Positions 43,949 to 54,667 of a stretch of 64,000 nucleotides of DNA are shown piece by piece; the first letter of the stretch is position 1; each line of letters opens with the position of its first letter. The DNA is taken from contig JAKVBX010000005.1 of assembly GCA_022446795.1 (NCBI GenBank), positions 37,085 to 101,084 on the forward strand, given 5' to 3'. The translations under genes and the position numbers were made by a program. The notes under the pieces are model-generated. The model was not told where the DNA came from, did no database searches, and worked only from the letters and a program-made list of their open reading frames with translations. Source of the DNA: Phycisphaerales bacterium (GTDB lineage: Bacteria > Planctomycetota > Phycisphaerae > Phycisphaerales > SM1A02).

Positions 43949-45100
43949 ATGATGGACCAGGGACACCTGCTCAGCAGTCGTACCGGCGACGTCGATGTCT
44001 CCGGTATCCGACGGGCCTTCCAACTTGGCGCGAGGCTCGAGAATCCGATCAATCTGTCGATCGGGCAACCGCACTTCCCGGTACCGGATGCGTTGAAGGA
44101 TGCGGCGATTGATGCCATTCGTGCCGACGCCAACGGCTACACGCTTACGGGCGGTCATGACACCCTGCGTGATTCGCTTCGGGAGTTCGTGCGGGATGAC
44201 CTTGGTTGGGATACCTCCGGCGGTGATCTCGACGTGATGGTGACCTCGGGAACGAGTGGTGCCTTGGTCCTGGCGGCGTGGGCCCTGCTTGATCCCGGGG
44301 ACGAGGTCATCGTTCCGGATCCGAACTTCGTGATCTACCCGGTGCTTGGTCCCATGAGTGGTGCCACGGTCGTGCCCTGCGATATCTACCCGGACTTTCG
44401 CATGACGGCGGCGCGGATCGAGCCACTCATCACCGAGCGAACAAAGATGGTCATTCTCAATTCGCCGGCGAATCCCACCGGGATCGTCCTGGATGACGAT
44501 GAGATGCGCGATATCGCGACCCTGTGTCGTGATCGCGGCGTGATCCTGTTGTCCGACGAGATCTATGACCTGTTCACGTACGCCGCGGCCCGTGATGATC
44601 GTGGTCGATGTCCCACCCCGGCGCATCATTCCCGTGACCTCCTGGTTGTCCGTGGCTTCGGCAAGAACTACGGGTGTACCGGTTGGCGACTTGGCTTTGC
44701 CGCGGGACCGAGTTGGCTGATCCAGGAGATGCTGAAGTTCCAGCAGTACTCCTTCGTCTGCGCGCCGAGCATGGCGCAGCATGCCGTTGCGGCGGCCCAC
44801 TCGGTGGACATGTCGAAGTGGGTAGAGTCCTACGAGCGTAAGCGGGACATGGTGGTCGAGGCCCTGTCGCCCCTGACCGATCTCGCCGTTCCGCAGGGTG
44901 CCTTTTACGCCTTCCCGGCGGTTCCGCCCGCGCTGGGCCTGACGGGGACGGCCTTCTCGGAGTCGATGCTGGATCACAACGTGATCGTCATCCCCGGGGG
45001 GGTGTTCAGCGCCCGCGATACCCACTTCCGGATCAGCTACGCCGTGGATGATGGCCGGCTGGCCGAGGGGCTGGAGGCCCTGGTCTCGGTCATGAGCTGA
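43949..45100 (+). CDS. class I/II pyridoxal-phosphate aminotransferase (aspartate aminotransferase-like)
   Basis: Contains NLSIGQPHFP, ILNSPANPTG, LSDEIY and the PLP-lysine region RGFGKNYGCTGWRLG. Confidence 0.8.
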   Translation: MMDQGHLLSSRTGDVDVSGIRRAFQLGARLENPINLSIGQPHFPVPDALKDAAIDAIRADANGYTLTGGHDTLRDSLREFVRDDLGWDTSGGDLDVMVTSGTSGALVLAAWALLDPGDEVIVPDPNFVIYPVLGPMSGATVVPCDIYPDFRMTAARIEPLITERTKMVILNSPANPTGIVLDDDEMRDIATLCRDRGVILLSDEIYDLFTYAAARDDRGRCPTPAHHSRDLLVVRGFGKNYGCTGWRLGFAAGPSWLIQEMLKFQQYSFVCAPSMAQHAVAAAHSVDMSKWVESYERKRDMVVEALSPLTDLAVPQGAFYAFPAVPPALGLTGTAFSESMLDHNVIVIPGGVFSARDTHFRISYAVDDGRLAEGLEALVSVMS

Positions 45101-45118
45101 TGCCCCGGAATGAAAATT

Positions 45119-45147
45119 CCCCGTCGGAGCACAAGGCCCCGACGGGG
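45119..45147 (+). terminator. GC-rich hairpin 19 nt after the aminotransferase stop
   Basis: CCCCGTCGG-(11 nt)-CCGACGGGG forms a 9-bp stem. No U tract follows (AGGAGGGG), so it is atypical for an intrinsic terminator. Confidence 0.35.
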
Positions 45148-45320
45148 AGGAGGGGAGAAAGAGCATGTTGTCGACCCGGTATTGAGCCGGGCCCTTGGCT
45201 GGGAACAGGGGAATTCAAATTCCCCGATTGGCCGCGAACCGGTGGGGCAACCCCACGACGCTGGCCGACTCCCGCCAAGCTACATGGGCGGTGATCGGTC
45301 GCATGATCGCATCCGGTCCA

Positions 45321-45368
45321 CAAAAGCACGCAATTCTTGCCGAATCACAACTAAATTTTTGTCGTGCT
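45321..45368 (-). terminator. candidate intrinsic terminator for the 45370..46458 gene
   Basis: The minus strand reads AGCACG-(31-nt AT-rich loop with small internal stems)-CGTGCT followed by TTTTG. It lies immediately after the stop codon, in the only markedly AT-rich patch of the region. Confidence 0.35.
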
Positions 45369-45369
45369 G

Positions 45370-46458
45370 CTAGGTACTCTCGGACCTTGATCCCGCAGTG
45401 GCAAAGGGATACGTGACATCCTGCTCGATTTCGTCGAGGAGCTGTATCCACGTCTCACGAACACGATCGGGGTCATTCCTGTGCTGAACCTGTGCACGAG
45501 CGGCTGATCCGATCTGCATTCGCCGGTCTCCATCGGCCAGCAGGTCCAGGATGGTCCTGGCCCACTGCTCGGCGGTGGGCTCCATGAGAATGCACTGGGC
45601 GGTCCGCTCGGCCTCCGACAGCAGGGGGTGGTCGGGGCGGACGATCACCCGGCCGCGGGCCATGGCCAGGTCGAGGACCGAGCGGGCCTGGCAGGTGGAG
45701 CGGGCCATCAGGGCCAGCGTGCAGTCGCTGACGAGCGGGCTGAGTGTCGAGGCGTTGCTGATTGATGAGATGCGATCAAGCAGTCCCCGGGACTCGGCAT
45801 ACTGCCAGGTTGGATCGCCACCGATCCGCCCCAACTCCAGGCAGATCTGGAGGTCCGGAATGTCCTGTACGACCTGCACCAGGCCATCGATGAGGGCCTT
45901 GGCTTCCATCGGTGCCGCGGCGGCATCGAGGATGGCGATCGATGGGGTTGCGTCTTCCGCATCGACGGATTGCGGCGGCAGCGCAATCGGAAAAGGCAGG
46001 GCGACGATCAACTCGTGCAGTTTCCGATCCCGCAGCGCCGTGGCCAACCCGGCGGAGGCGGTGACATATGCGGCGACGCGTTGCGGTCGGACCGGTGGAC
46101 GCTTCACGTGCGTTGCGTTCCAGCATTCGACGACCAGTGGGGCATCCATCGCCTGGGCCAGGTCGCTGGCCAATGTGGCGGTCGACTCGCCGAAGGCCAG
46201 GACGACATCCGGTGGCTGTCGTCCCAGGTCACGAAGGAGGCCGTCGCGAACCCTCGCGCGCTGCAGCCAGCCCACGGGCATGGCAGCGGTCAACGGTCGC
46301 TCGGTGACGAGCCCGGCCTGGTCCGACTCGGGTGATGGTGGGGTCGGCAGGAGTTCTGTCACCATGACATCGGCCTGCTGGAGTCCTGAAAGGGTGTCGC
46401 GAAGCGCCGGCCCCTCCTCCTGGCGACGGGCCTCATCGATGATCGCCAGCACATGCAT
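45370..46458 (-). CDS. glycosyltransferase (GT-B fold)-like protein, divergent
   Basis: The length and C-terminal pattern (SVLDLAMARGRVIVRPDHPLLSE...MEPTAEQWARTILDLLADGDRRMQIGSAAR) resemble GT1/GT4 enzymes. The catalytic motifs are not clear. Confidence 0.35.
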   Translation of the reverse strand: MHVLAIIDEARRQEEGPALRDTLSGLQQADVMVTELLPTPPSPESDQAGLVTERPLTAAMPVGWLQRARVRDGLLRDLGRQPPDVVLAFGESTATLASDLAQAMDAPLVVECWNATHVKRPPVRPQRVAAYVTASAGLATALRDRKLHELIVALPFPIALPPQSVDAEDATPSIAILDAAAAPMEAKALIDGLVQVVQDIPDLQICLELGRIGGDPTWQYAESRGLLDRISSISNASTLSPLVSDCTLALMARSTCQARSVLDLAMARGRVIVRPDHPLLSEAERTAQCILMEPTAEQWARTILDLLADGDRRMQIGSAARAQVQHRNDPDRVRETWIQLLDEIEQDVTYPFATAGSRSEST

Positions 46459-46991
46459 CAGGTTCGTTCTCTCCAGGGTGGCGTCTCGTGCTGAAGCGGA
46501 CGCAGGGCATCGCTCATATCGGTCGAAATGCGTGTCGGTCGTCGCGTTTCCAGGTCAACCTGGACCCAGAGTGTCGACGCGGTGCAGATGATCTCAGTGC
46601 CCTCCTCGCCGATTCTCCAGACGATGGTGTCACGCCATGACTTGACTCGCTTGATGTCACGCACCCACGTGGCGATGAAGAGCGTCTCGTCAGGCAGGGC
46701 CTCCCGTCGATAGTCGATCTCATGGCGGGCCACGAAGAACATGCGATTCCGGTCCAGGAGGTCGGCATATGACCAGCCAGCCTCGCCAAGGGCGCGTTCG
46801 GCGGCGTGGTCGATCCAGCGTACGTATTCGATGTTCGAGACATGTCGGACCACGGTGCTGATGCCCTCGTCCGCCGTCTGGAGACGCAGCCACACCGGGT
46901 TCGGATGAACGACCCAGCCGGGGAATTCAACGGGGGCCTCCGGCAGGATGGCCAGGTCAGGTCCTGGTCGTGGCGCCATCGGTTGCGTCAT
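46458..46991 (-). CDS. acyl-CoA thioesterase (4HBT/hotdog family)
   Basis: VRHVSNIEYVRWIDHAAERAL...MFFVARHEIDYRREA fits the YbgC-like hotdog pattern. Confidence 0.7.
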   Translation of the reverse strand: MTQPMAPRPGPDLAILPEAPVEFPGWVVHPNPVWLRLQTADEGISTVVRHVSNIEYVRWIDHAAERALGEAGWSYADLLDRNRMFFVARHEIDYRREALPDETLFIATWVRDIKRVKSWRDTIVWRIGEEGTEIICTASTLWVQVDLETRRPTRISTDMSDALRPLQHETPPWRERT

Positions 46992-47314
46992 GGCGTGGGT
47001 CCAGGAGGCGCATCGATCGATCGCAGGTAATCCCAGGTGTAGAGCCCCGTGTCGTGTCCATCGGAAAACCGGATCCGTACGGCATAGTTGCCCACCAGTT
47101 CGAGATCCTCGGCCTGCAAGGGGCCAGAGTCCCCACCGGGCACGACCGCCAGCGGATTCCGTTCAATCTCCTCCCGCAGGGCCCGGGATTCGGCCGAGGG
47201 TGACAACCGTCGCAGGTGGTCTACCGCGAGGAAGGAGGTGGTGCCGTCCTGCCACGTGATGCTCAGGCCACGGGCCCGGTCCAGGTCGAGATGTTTCGGG
47301 GCGGGTTCGCTCAT
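46988..47314 (-). CDS. DUF971-family protein
   Basis: LSITWQDGTTSFLAVDHLRRLSPSAE...NYAVRIRFSDGHDTGLYTWDYLR is typical of DUF971. Confidence 0.7.
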   Translation of the reverse strand: MSEPAPKHLDLDRARGLSITWQDGTTSFLAVDHLRRLSPSAESRALREEIERNPLAVVPGGDSGPLQAEDLELVGNYAVRIRFSDGHDTGLYTWDYLRSIDAPPGPTP

Positions 47315-47342
47315 TGCGTCTGGCTCGACTCAGGGAAGATCG

Positions 47343-48275
47343 ATGAGCGGTATCCTACTCAGCGACAGGGAGCACCGAATGTCGACGAAGCCTTCTCTCC
47401 AAACACCCTCTGGTGCACTGGGGCATGCGGCCGACCGCCTGTGCGAGTGCGTGCGACGGGTGGGTTCGCCGGTCTGCGTGGGCCTTGATCCCGTTCTCGA
47501 ACGCCTGCCGGGCGATCTGGCGTCGTCATCGACATCACCCACGTCCGCGATCGAGACCTTCTGCCTGGGCGTCCTGGATGCCATCGCCGGGCAGGTCGGG
47601 GTCGTCAAGTTCCAATCCGCCTGCTTTGAGCGTTACGGCTCGGAGGGCGTCGCCGTGCTGGAACGGTCTCTCGCTGCGGCGAGGGAGCGTGACCTGATGT
47701 CCATCCTCGATGCCAAGCGGGGCGACATCGGCATCTCCGCAGCGCATTACGCTGCGGCGGCAACCGCCTGTGGCTCGGACTGGGTCACGATCAATGGTTG
47801 GCTGGGCGAGGATGGAATCGCCCCGTTCCTCGACGGTGGGATCGGCGCCTTCGTGCTGGTCCGGACGTCGAACCCCTCCGGCGAGACCATCCAGAACCAG
47901 TCCCTGGTGGATGGTCGGACGGTTGCGGAGTCGATGGGAGACCTGGTCACGTCGATGGGGGCGGACCATGTCGGCGAGCATGGCTACAGCACGCTTGGCG
48001 CGGTGATTGGCGCCACGCACCCAGCGGAACTGGAGGGCTTCCGATCGCGACTTCCCGGGACCATCTTCCTGCTGCCGGGCTACGGCGCGCAGGGAGGCAC
48101 CGCCGAGGATCTGGCGTCGTGCTTCGATGACAACGGCCTGGGGGCACTGGTGACGGCGAGCCGCAGCGTGATCTATGCCGGTGAAGGCGGGTCAGGCGGC
48201 TGGACCGATGCGGTCCGCCAGGCGGCGACCGAACTGGCTGACGATGTCGGCACTGTCGCGGGGATGCGGTCATGA
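47343..48275 (+). CDS. pyrF: orotidine 5'-phosphate decarboxylase (type 2)
   Basis: Contains [19 protein letters not shown] and [12 protein letters not shown]. The start is 47343 or 47379; the upstream extension overlaps the DUF971 gene and is rejected. Confidence 0.85.
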   Translation: MSGILLSDREHRMSTKPSLQTPSGALGHAADRLCECVRRVGSPVCVGLDPVLERLPGDLASSSTSPTSAIETFCLGVLDAIAGQVGVVKFQSACFERYGSEGVAVLERSLAAARERDLMSILDAKRGDIGISAAHYAAAATACGSDWVTINGWLGEDGIAPFLDGGIGAFVLVRTSNPSGETIQNQSLVDGRTVAESMGDLVTSMGADHVGEHGYSTLGAVIGATHPAELEGFRSRLPGTIFLLPGYGAQGGTAEDLASCFDDNGLGALVTASRSVIYAGEGGSGGWTDAVRQAATELADDVGTVAGMRS

Positions 48276-50029
48276 CGGCTGGCGCCCGTGGAGGACTGCC
48301 GGGGTGGCGCGTCATCATCGTGATGAGTTGCTTCGGGATCGTGCTGGCCCTCCCGTTCATTTTCCGCGTCTCGCAGGGCGAGGACCTGGCGGATGCCCGC
48401 CGCGTCATCATCATCAGTCCGCACAATGAACAGATTCGCTACGAGTTCGGCCGAGGATTCGATCTCTGGCACCAGGCGAAGTTTGGTGAACCAGCCCGCG
48501 TGGACTGGAGCACCCCGGGCGGGACGTCCGAGATCCGCAAGATGCTTCAATCGGACTGGACCGCGGCCCTCAAGCGGGGTGAGCGGCCCGGCGGCAATGC
48601 CGACCTCGTCTTTGGTGGCGGATCGTATGAACACGGTCAATTCAAGCGAGGCATCAAGCTGGTTCTCGATGATCGCACCGGCGAGCAGGTGCGAGCCTGG
48701 GTGCGCGGCATCGGCGGAACAATGGAGCCGGCACTGGAGTCCCTGCTCTCGGGGGGCGACGCCACCGATGACGTGGCGGTCGAGGTGCCCGGTATCACCG
48801 CCACCGTGTCGGCGGACGAAAACGCGGCCGGGCGGTGGTCCGTGTCCGTGACGTCGACGATCAGTGTTCCCGCCGGCATGCCCACGGCCATGCTTCAGAA
48901 GATCTACGGGCGTGACCAGGTGGCGGGGACACCACTCTGGGATGCCGACCAGTACTGGCTGGGAACGGCGCTCTCGGCCTTCGGCCTCATCTACAACAAT
49001 GATCTGCTGCGGGAACTGGACGTCGCCCCGCCGACCTCGTGGTCGGACCTGGGGAACCCGGACCTGCGGCAGGAAGTGGCGTTGGTCAACCCGGCCCAGT
49101 CCGGTTCGGTGACCACGGCGTTCGAGACGATCCTGAAACGACGGGACTGGACCCCGGGATGGTGGGTCCTTCGGCGTGCGGCGGCCAATGCTCGTTACTT
49201 CTCCGCGTCATCGCTTCGGGCGCCGACGGATGTCGCCCAGGGAGACGCGGCGATGGGCGTCTGCATCGACTTCTTCGGTCGCTTTGAATCACAGTCGCTG
49301 CGGGATCGTGGGGCCGGTGACCGCGTGGGGTACATCGATCCACCGGGCGAGACGATGTTGGACCCGGATCCCATCTCGCTCCTGATGAATCCACCCGATC
49401 CCGAGATGGCAGGCCGGTTCATCGAGTTCACCCTGTCACCGCAAGGGCAATCACTCTGGCAGTTCGCCCCCGGGGCCGGGGACAACGGAATGGGGCCGGA
49501 GCGATTCGCCCTGCGACGCATGCCCGTCTCGGACGAGTTGTACCGGGACCACTTCGGCCAGTTCGTCGACCAGGTGGACCCCTTCGTCAATGCCGAGCCG
49601 CCCCCGTACAACGATCGGAACATGCGGTCCTTCATCGCGATCGTCTTCCAGGCGATGGCGATGGATGTGACGGTGGATCTCGAGGCGGCCTGGGAGGCCA
49701 TCGTGAACCACCCGTCCTATCCGCCCGGTGGTCAACTGGTGACGGCCGCGGATGTCGAGGATTCGGAACTGGCGCAGATGCTGACGTTGTTCGACGCGAT
49801 TCCCGACGTGCCGGGGCCGGATGGACAGACGTTCACGCTGGCGACGCCGGAGGGCCGCGCCAAGATCAAGGCCGGCTGGCTCTACGGCGGCTGGAAGGGC
49901 GAGGGGCTCTGGTCGGCTCAGGCGGATCCTCGTCATGTCCTGCGTCGGCTGCTGGGTGACCAGATGGCCGCGAACTACCGCGAGGTTGTTCGCCTGGCCG
50001 AGGACCGAACGACCGGGAGCACGAACTGA
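48272..50029 (+). CDS. extracellular solute-binding protein (ABC-type, iron/polyamine-like)
   Basis: It has an N-terminal TM/signal and the early motif [14 protein letters not shown]. The size and alternating pattern fit a periplasmic binding protein. No cognate permease or ATPase gene is adjacent. Confidence 0.5.
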   Translation: MTAGARGGLPGWRVIIVMSCFGIVLALPFIFRVSQGEDLADARRVIIISPHNEQIRYEFGRGFDLWHQAKFGEPARVDWSTPGGTSEIRKMLQSDWTAALKRGERPGGNADLVFGGGSYEHGQFKRGIKLVLDDRTGEQVRAWVRGIGGTMEPALESLLSGGDATDDVAVEVPGITATVSADENAAGRWSVSVTSTISVPAGMPTAMLQKIYGRDQVAGTPLWDADQYWLGTALSAFGLIYNNDLLRELDVAPPTSWSDLGNPDLRQEVALVNPAQSGSVTTAFETILKRRDWTPGWWVLRRAAANARYFSASSLRAPTDVAQGDAAMGVCIDFFGRFESQSLRDRGAGDRVGYIDPPGETMLDPDPISLLMNPPDPEMAGRFIEFTLSPQGQSLWQFAPGAGDNGMGPERFALRRMPVSDELYRDHFGQFVDQVDPFVNAEPPPYNDRNMRSFIAIVFQAMAMDVTVDLEAAWEAIVNHPSYPPGGQLVTAADVEDSELAQMLTLFDAIPDVPGPDGQTFTLATPEGRAKIKAGWLYGGWKGEGLWSAQADPRHVLRRLLGDQMAANYREVVRLAEDRTTGSTN

Positions 50030-51546
50030 TGTCCGATGGCCATGAGCATGAGCGTGTTCCGTCCCGGACGGGGATCATTGCGACGCTGGGGCCGGCGACC
50101 GATTCGCCCGAGGTCCTCGAACGACTGGTTCATGCCGGCGTCTCCATCTTCCGCCTCAACTTCAGTCACGGTGAGCCATCGGAACACGAGGCGCGCATTG
50201 CCGCAGTCCGCGACCTGGAAGCACGCTGCGGGTTGCCCCTGGCCATCATGGCGGATCTGCCCGGTCCCAAGATCCGGGTCGTTGAAGTCGCGGGTGACGG
50301 CATTGACGTTCAGGCCGGGGAGGACGTGGTCTTCGAACGCCAGGTGGACGGCGCCTGCCAGTCACCGGCAGCGGGTGAACCACTTCGGCTGGCCTGCACC
50401 TGGTCCGGCCTGATCGATTCAGTCAAGGCCGGGCAACGCGTTCTCATCAATGACGGCGCGATCCGACTGCTCGCCACCGAGTCGTCACGGGACCAGTTGT
50501 GGTGCCGGGTCACCAGTGGCGGCCTCATCTCCTCTCACAAGGGCGTCAACCTGCCCGACACCGACCTGGACATCGAGGTGCCAACGGCCCGCGACCGTCA
50601 ACTGGTCACCTGGGCCATGGATCACGACGTGGACATCGTGGCGATGAGCTTTGTCCGGTCGCGAGCGGAAGTCGAGGCCCTCCGGGCGGTGATGACGGAC
50701 CACCTGTCCGGAACCACTGGACGACGCCCCCTTCCGATCGTGGCCAAGATCGAGGTACCTCCAGCGGTTGACGCTGCCGAGGAGATCATTGCTGCAGCCA
50801 ACGCGGTGATGGTGGCCCGAGGTGACCTGGGCGTGGAGATGGATCTTGCCCGGGTGCCCATCATCCAGAAGCGATTGCTGGCGCTGTCGCGTTCCCTGGG
50901 CCGGCCGTGCATCGTGGCGACGCAGATGCTGCAGTCGATGATCGATTCCCCCGTTCCGACACGAGCCGAGGCGAGTGATGTCGCCGGGGCCATCTTCGAC
51001 GGAGCTGATGCGGTCATGCTCTCGGGCGAGACCGCCGTGGGGCGTTACCCGGTCGTGGCCGTGGAGACCATGCGACACATCGGTGACGAGACCGAGGCCT
51101 GGATGGATACCGAGGGCATCCTGGCGGAGGCCGAGTGCACGGTGGACTGCACCACCGAGTGGCCGGATGACAGCCGAGCACTGGTCTCGGGCATCTGGTC
51201 GACGGCTCGTGCCGTCGGCGCCAAGTGCATCGTGGTGTTCTCGGAATGGGGGACATGGTCGCGGCTGCTGAGTCGAAGCACCCAACCGCTCCCGATCGTG
51301 GCCTATACCCCGCATCAGAAGGTCGTCCGACAGATGCTGCTCTGCCGTGGCGTGACGCCCGAGGTGATGGAGATCATCCCTGATGAGGCCATCCTGACAC
51401 GTGACGTCGAGCATCGGCTCAGTGCCACAGGTTGGTTGTCACCGGGTGATGCGGTCATCGTCGTGCTGGGGCGCCCGCTGGAGACGACCCGAAACTCCAC
51501 TCGTATCACCGTGCACCGGGTCACGGCGGGGAAGACGCTGGAATGA
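50029..51546 (+). CDS. pyk: pyruvate kinase
   Basis: Contains TGIIATLGPA, FRLNFSHG, KIEVPPAV, MVARGDLGVEM and ATQMLQSM. Confidence 0.95.
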   Translation: MSDGHEHERVPSRTGIIATLGPATDSPEVLERLVHAGVSIFRLNFSHGEPSEHEARIAAVRDLEARCGLPLAIMADLPGPKIRVVEVAGDGIDVQAGEDVVFERQVDGACQSPAAGEPLRLACTWSGLIDSVKAGQRVLINDGAIRLLATESSRDQLWCRVTSGGLISSHKGVNLPDTDLDIEVPTARDRQLVTWAMDHDVDIVAMSFVRSRAEVEALRAVMTDHLSGTTGRRPLPIVAKIEVPPAVDAAEEIIAAANAVMVARGDLGVEMDLARVPIIQKRLLALSRSLGRPCIVATQMLQSMIDSPVPTRAEASDVAGAIFDGADAVMLSGETAVGRYPVVAVETMRHIGDETEAWMDTEGILAEAECTVDCTTEWPDDSRALVSGIWSTARAVGAKCIVVFSEWGTWSRLLSRSTQPLPIVAYTPHQKVVRQMLLCRGVTPEVMEIIPDEAILTRDVEHRLSATGWLSPGDAVIVVLGRPLETTRNSTRITVHRVTAGKTLE

Positions 51547-52805
51547 AGGCCGCCATCCTCGCCGTCGGCGATGAACTGCTCGGAGGACGGTGCCTGGACA
51601 CGAATTCGCACTGGCTGTGCGATCACCTGTCGCATCATGGCGTGACCGTCGTCGAGACTCGATCGGTGGGTGACGACCAGGCGCGGATCGTCACCGCCCT
51701 GCGATCACTGTCGTCCACGGCGGATCTCGTGATCATGACCGGCGGTCTCGGACCGACCCAGGACGATCTCACGCGTGAGGCCGTGGCCGAGTTCGCCGGC
51801 CAGGACCTCGTCGTGGATGGGTCGGCGCTGGAGTGGATCACCACATTCTTCCGCGAGCGGGACATGACGATGGGCGACGCGCAGAAACGGATCGCGATGC
51901 GGCCGGAACACGCGACCTGTCATCGCAATGGCGTCGGGACGGCGCCGTCGATCCGGATGTCGATCGGTGGGGGCGACCTGTGGCTCCTGCCTGGACCACC
52001 AGCCGAGATGCATGATGCGTGGGATTCACATGTCTCCACGTGGCTGCAGCAGGCCAGTGGTGGTCAGCCGGCCACGCCGGCGGTCACGATCAAGGCCTTC
52101 GGTTTGATCGAGGCGGAACTGGAGGCTCGACTGGGAGACCTGACTCGACGGGACCATCGTCCGCAGTTGGGTACGCGCGTCAGCCAGGACGAGTTCCTCC
52201 TGCACGTCGAACCGGTGGGGGTGGATGATGCGGGCTACCAGGCCTGCGTCGCCGACGTGGAGGCCCGGCTGCAGCCCTATGTCTTCGGTCGCCAGGCCGA
52301 GACGCTGTCCGACGTGGTGGGTGCGGCGTTGTTGGCGCGTGGTGAGTCCCTTGTGACCGCCGAGTCCTGCACGGGCGGGGGTATCGGGTCGTGCATCGTG
52401 GATGTTGCGGGCTCCAGCCAGTGGTTCCGCGGTGGGTGGATCACCTACTCCAACGAGATGAAGCAGGAGTTCCTTGGCGTGCCTGCGGGTCTGCTGGAGG
52501 AACATGGCGCCGTCTCCGAGCCAGTGGTGGCGGCCATGGCTGAAGGTGCAGCGAGGCAGTCAGGCGCCCAGTGGGCATTGGCGGTCTCGGGCATCGCGGG
52601 TCCAGGCGGGGGAACGGCCGACAAGCCGGTGGGCACGGTCTGGATGGCCTGTCATGGCCCGACGGGCGTGACATCGCGGCGATTCCGGCTGGGTGCTGAT
52701 CGCAGTCGCATTCGAATGCGGACGGTGAAGATGGCGCTGCAGGTGCTGCGCTGGCGACTGCGGGACATCGATCCCATGACTCCGACGTCCTGGGATGCGA
52801 CATGA
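51543..52805 (+). CDS. cinA: CinA-family competence/damage-inducible protein (nicotinamide-nucleotide amidase domain)
   Basis: The MoCF-biosynthesis-like N-terminus is AAILAVGDELLGGRCLDTNS...TGGLGPTQDD. The C-terminal PncC-like segment is TAESCTGG...GIAGPGGG. Confidence 0.9.
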   Translation: MKAAILAVGDELLGGRCLDTNSHWLCDHLSHHGVTVVETRSVGDDQARIVTALRSLSSTADLVIMTGGLGPTQDDLTREAVAEFAGQDLVVDGSALEWITTFFRERDMTMGDAQKRIAMRPEHATCHRNGVGTAPSIRMSIGGGDLWLLPGPPAEMHDAWDSHVSTWLQQASGGQPATPAVTIKAFGLIEAELEARLGDLTRRDHRPQLGTRVSQDEFLLHVEPVGVDDAGYQACVADVEARLQPYVFGRQAETLSDVVGAALLARGESLVTAESCTGGGIGSCIVDVAGSSQWFRGGWITYSNEMKQEFLGVPAGLLEEHGAVSEPVVAAMAEGAARQSGAQWALAVSGIAGPGGGTADKPVGTVWMACHGPTGVTSRRFRLGADRSRIRMRTVKMALQVLRWRLRDIDPMTPTSWDAT

Positions 52806-53332
52806 AGGTGACGGGGTTCATCGGACTCGGGAGCAATCTCGGCGATCGTGTGGCATCGATCCTCCAGGCGGTCGAGGCGCTTGATGAGACGCCGGGCGTG
52901 ATGGTGTTTCGACTGAGCACGCTCCTGGAAACGGAACCGGTTGGCCTGCAGGAGCAGGGTGATTTTCTCAACGCGGTCGTGGAAGTTCGTTCCACGCTTT
53001 CGGCGAGCCAGGTGCTCCAGCAGATGCTCGCCATCGAATCCGGTCTGGGCCGGGACCGCGCATCGAGCACGGCGGGCGGGCCTCGTGAGATCGACCTGGA
53101 CCTGCTGCTGTGGGGGGAGGAGATCAGCGAGACCCCGGGCGTCCAGGTTCCGCATCCCCGGCTCCATGAGCGGGCCTTCGTGCTCGTTCCCATGGTCGAA
53201 CTCGCCCCGGACCTGGTCCATCCCACGATCGGACGATCGATGCGGGATCTGCTCGAGGATGAGATCAAGGTCAATGGTCCGCTGCCGGACCGGTGTCGGC
53301 CGGCGGGTCGCGGCCCCTTGCTGGATTCGTGA
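52802..53332 (+). CDS. folK: 2-amino-4-hydroxy-6-hydroxymethyldihydropteridine diphosphokinase
   Basis: Contains IGLGSNLGDR, REIDLDLLLWG and PHPRLHERAFVLVP. Confidence 0.9.
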   Translation: MKVTGFIGLGSNLGDRVASILQAVEALDETPGVMVFRLSTLLETEPVGLQEQGDFLNAVVEVRSTLSASQVLQQMLAIESGLGRDRASSTAGGPREIDLDLLLWGEEISETPGVQVPHPRLHERAFVLVPMVELAPDLVHPTIGRSMRDLLEDEIKVNGPLPDRCRPAGRGPLLDS

Positions 53333-53386
53333 CGAGTGACCGGGACTTCCCGGGTCCTTCGGTCGTGAGATGGGTATCCTGAAGGG

Positions 53387-54664
53387 ATGAAGATTCGAAC
53401 TACTGGATTGTCGGCCGTGTTCGGGATGCTGTTGCTCCTGGGTATCGCCATTCCGTCGTCGGCCCAGGACGGGCCTGCCCAGTTGCAACCGATACGACCC
53501 GATATCGTGGAGGCCGAGCCGGCGGTCCAGGCCGCGGCCGAGGCCATGTTCCGCCAGGCTGGCGAGACGATGAAGTCGGCGCCGGCCATGACCTGCAGGT
53601 CCACCGTCAAGGTCATGGCGGGGCCCGAGCCCAGGACCGTTGTCGTCGAGTCCAAGTTCGGCGAAGACGGCTCCATGCAGGTCGAGGGACTGGAGTCCCT
53701 GATCGTGGTCAAGGATGGCTACATCAATATCGTTCTCTTCAGCGTTCACGATCGCTTCATTCGCGTGCCGCGGAGCATGCAGCCCTCGGACAACATCCTG
53801 ACCCTCTTCAACGAGCGATCGCTGGCGGGCTATGAGATGCTGATGCGCGAAGGCCAGCCGCCGGAGGTCTGGCTGGAACCTCTCATGATGCGATCCGTGG
53901 GCAAGCCGAAGGTGACCGGGCTGGAATCCGTGACGACCGAGGATGGCACCCAGCTCCAACGGATCCTGGTCGCGGGCCACCTCGGCTCCGGCTCGATCGA
54001 CTTCGACCCCGAGAAGAAGATCATCGTGGCGGCACGATCGAAGATGTATCCCCTGACTGGCGCCGAGGATTTCAGTTGGGAGATGACCCTGGAACCCAAG
54101 ATGGCGTTCCTGGAGAAGCTGCCCGAGCCCATCACCTTTGATCCTGGCCGCCGAATTCCGGTCACGACCCGGAGTGCCCTCGATCCGGTTGCGAGGAACC
54201 GACTGGCCGTCGGCGATCCCGCCCCGGTGCTGCGCCTGCCGCTGCTGGATGGGACCATCCTCGACCTGGCGGAGATGCGGGGCAAGATGGTTGTCCTTGA
54301 CTTCTGGGCGACCTGGTGCGGTCCGTGCAAGCGTTCCCTGCCGGAGTTCAATCAGCTCTATATCGAGCAGGGTCGCAACGAAAAGAATGTTCTGGTCTAC
54401 GCGGTGGATGTCATGGAACGAGCGTCGAAGATGGAGGAACGCCTCGAGATCGTCTCCACGTTCTGGCGGGAACAGAAGTACGAGGTGCCCACCATGGTGG
54501 CGCCGAATGACGCCGTCACCAAGGCCTGGGGGATCTCCTCCATTCCCTACACCGTGGTGATTGGACCGGATGGTCGCATCATGGAGATCCTGGTGGGCTA
54601 CTCTCCCAATTCGAAGGCTCGGATCGATTCGGCGCTGAAGAAAGATAAGAAGGGCAGGTCCTGA
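53387..54664 (+). CDS. TlpA-like thiol:disulfide oxidoreductase with a large N-terminal domain
   Basis: It has a signal peptide, an unknown beta-rich domain of about 270 aa, and a redoxin domain VVLDFWATWCGPCKRSLPEF. Confidence 0.8.
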   Translation: MKIRTTGLSAVFGMLLLLGIAIPSSAQDGPAQLQPIRPDIVEAEPAVQAAAEAMFRQAGETMKSAPAMTCRSTVKVMAGPEPRTVVVESKFGEDGSMQVEGLESLIVVKDGYINIVLFSVHDRFIRVPRSMQPSDNILTLFNERSLAGYEMLMREGQPPEVWLEPLMMRSVGKPKVTGLESVTTEDGTQLQRILVAGHLGSGSIDFDPEKKIIVAARSKMYPLTGAEDFSWEMTLEPKMAFLEKLPEPITFDPGRRIPVTTRSALDPVARNRLAVGDPAPVLRLPLLDGTILDLAEMRGKMVVLDFWATWCGPCKRSLPEFNQLYIEQGRNEKNVLVYAVDVMERASKMEERLEIVSTFWREQKYEVPTMVAPNDAVTKAWGISSIPYTVVIGPDGRIMEILVGYSPNSKARIDSALKKDKKGRS

Positions 54665-54667
54665 ACC

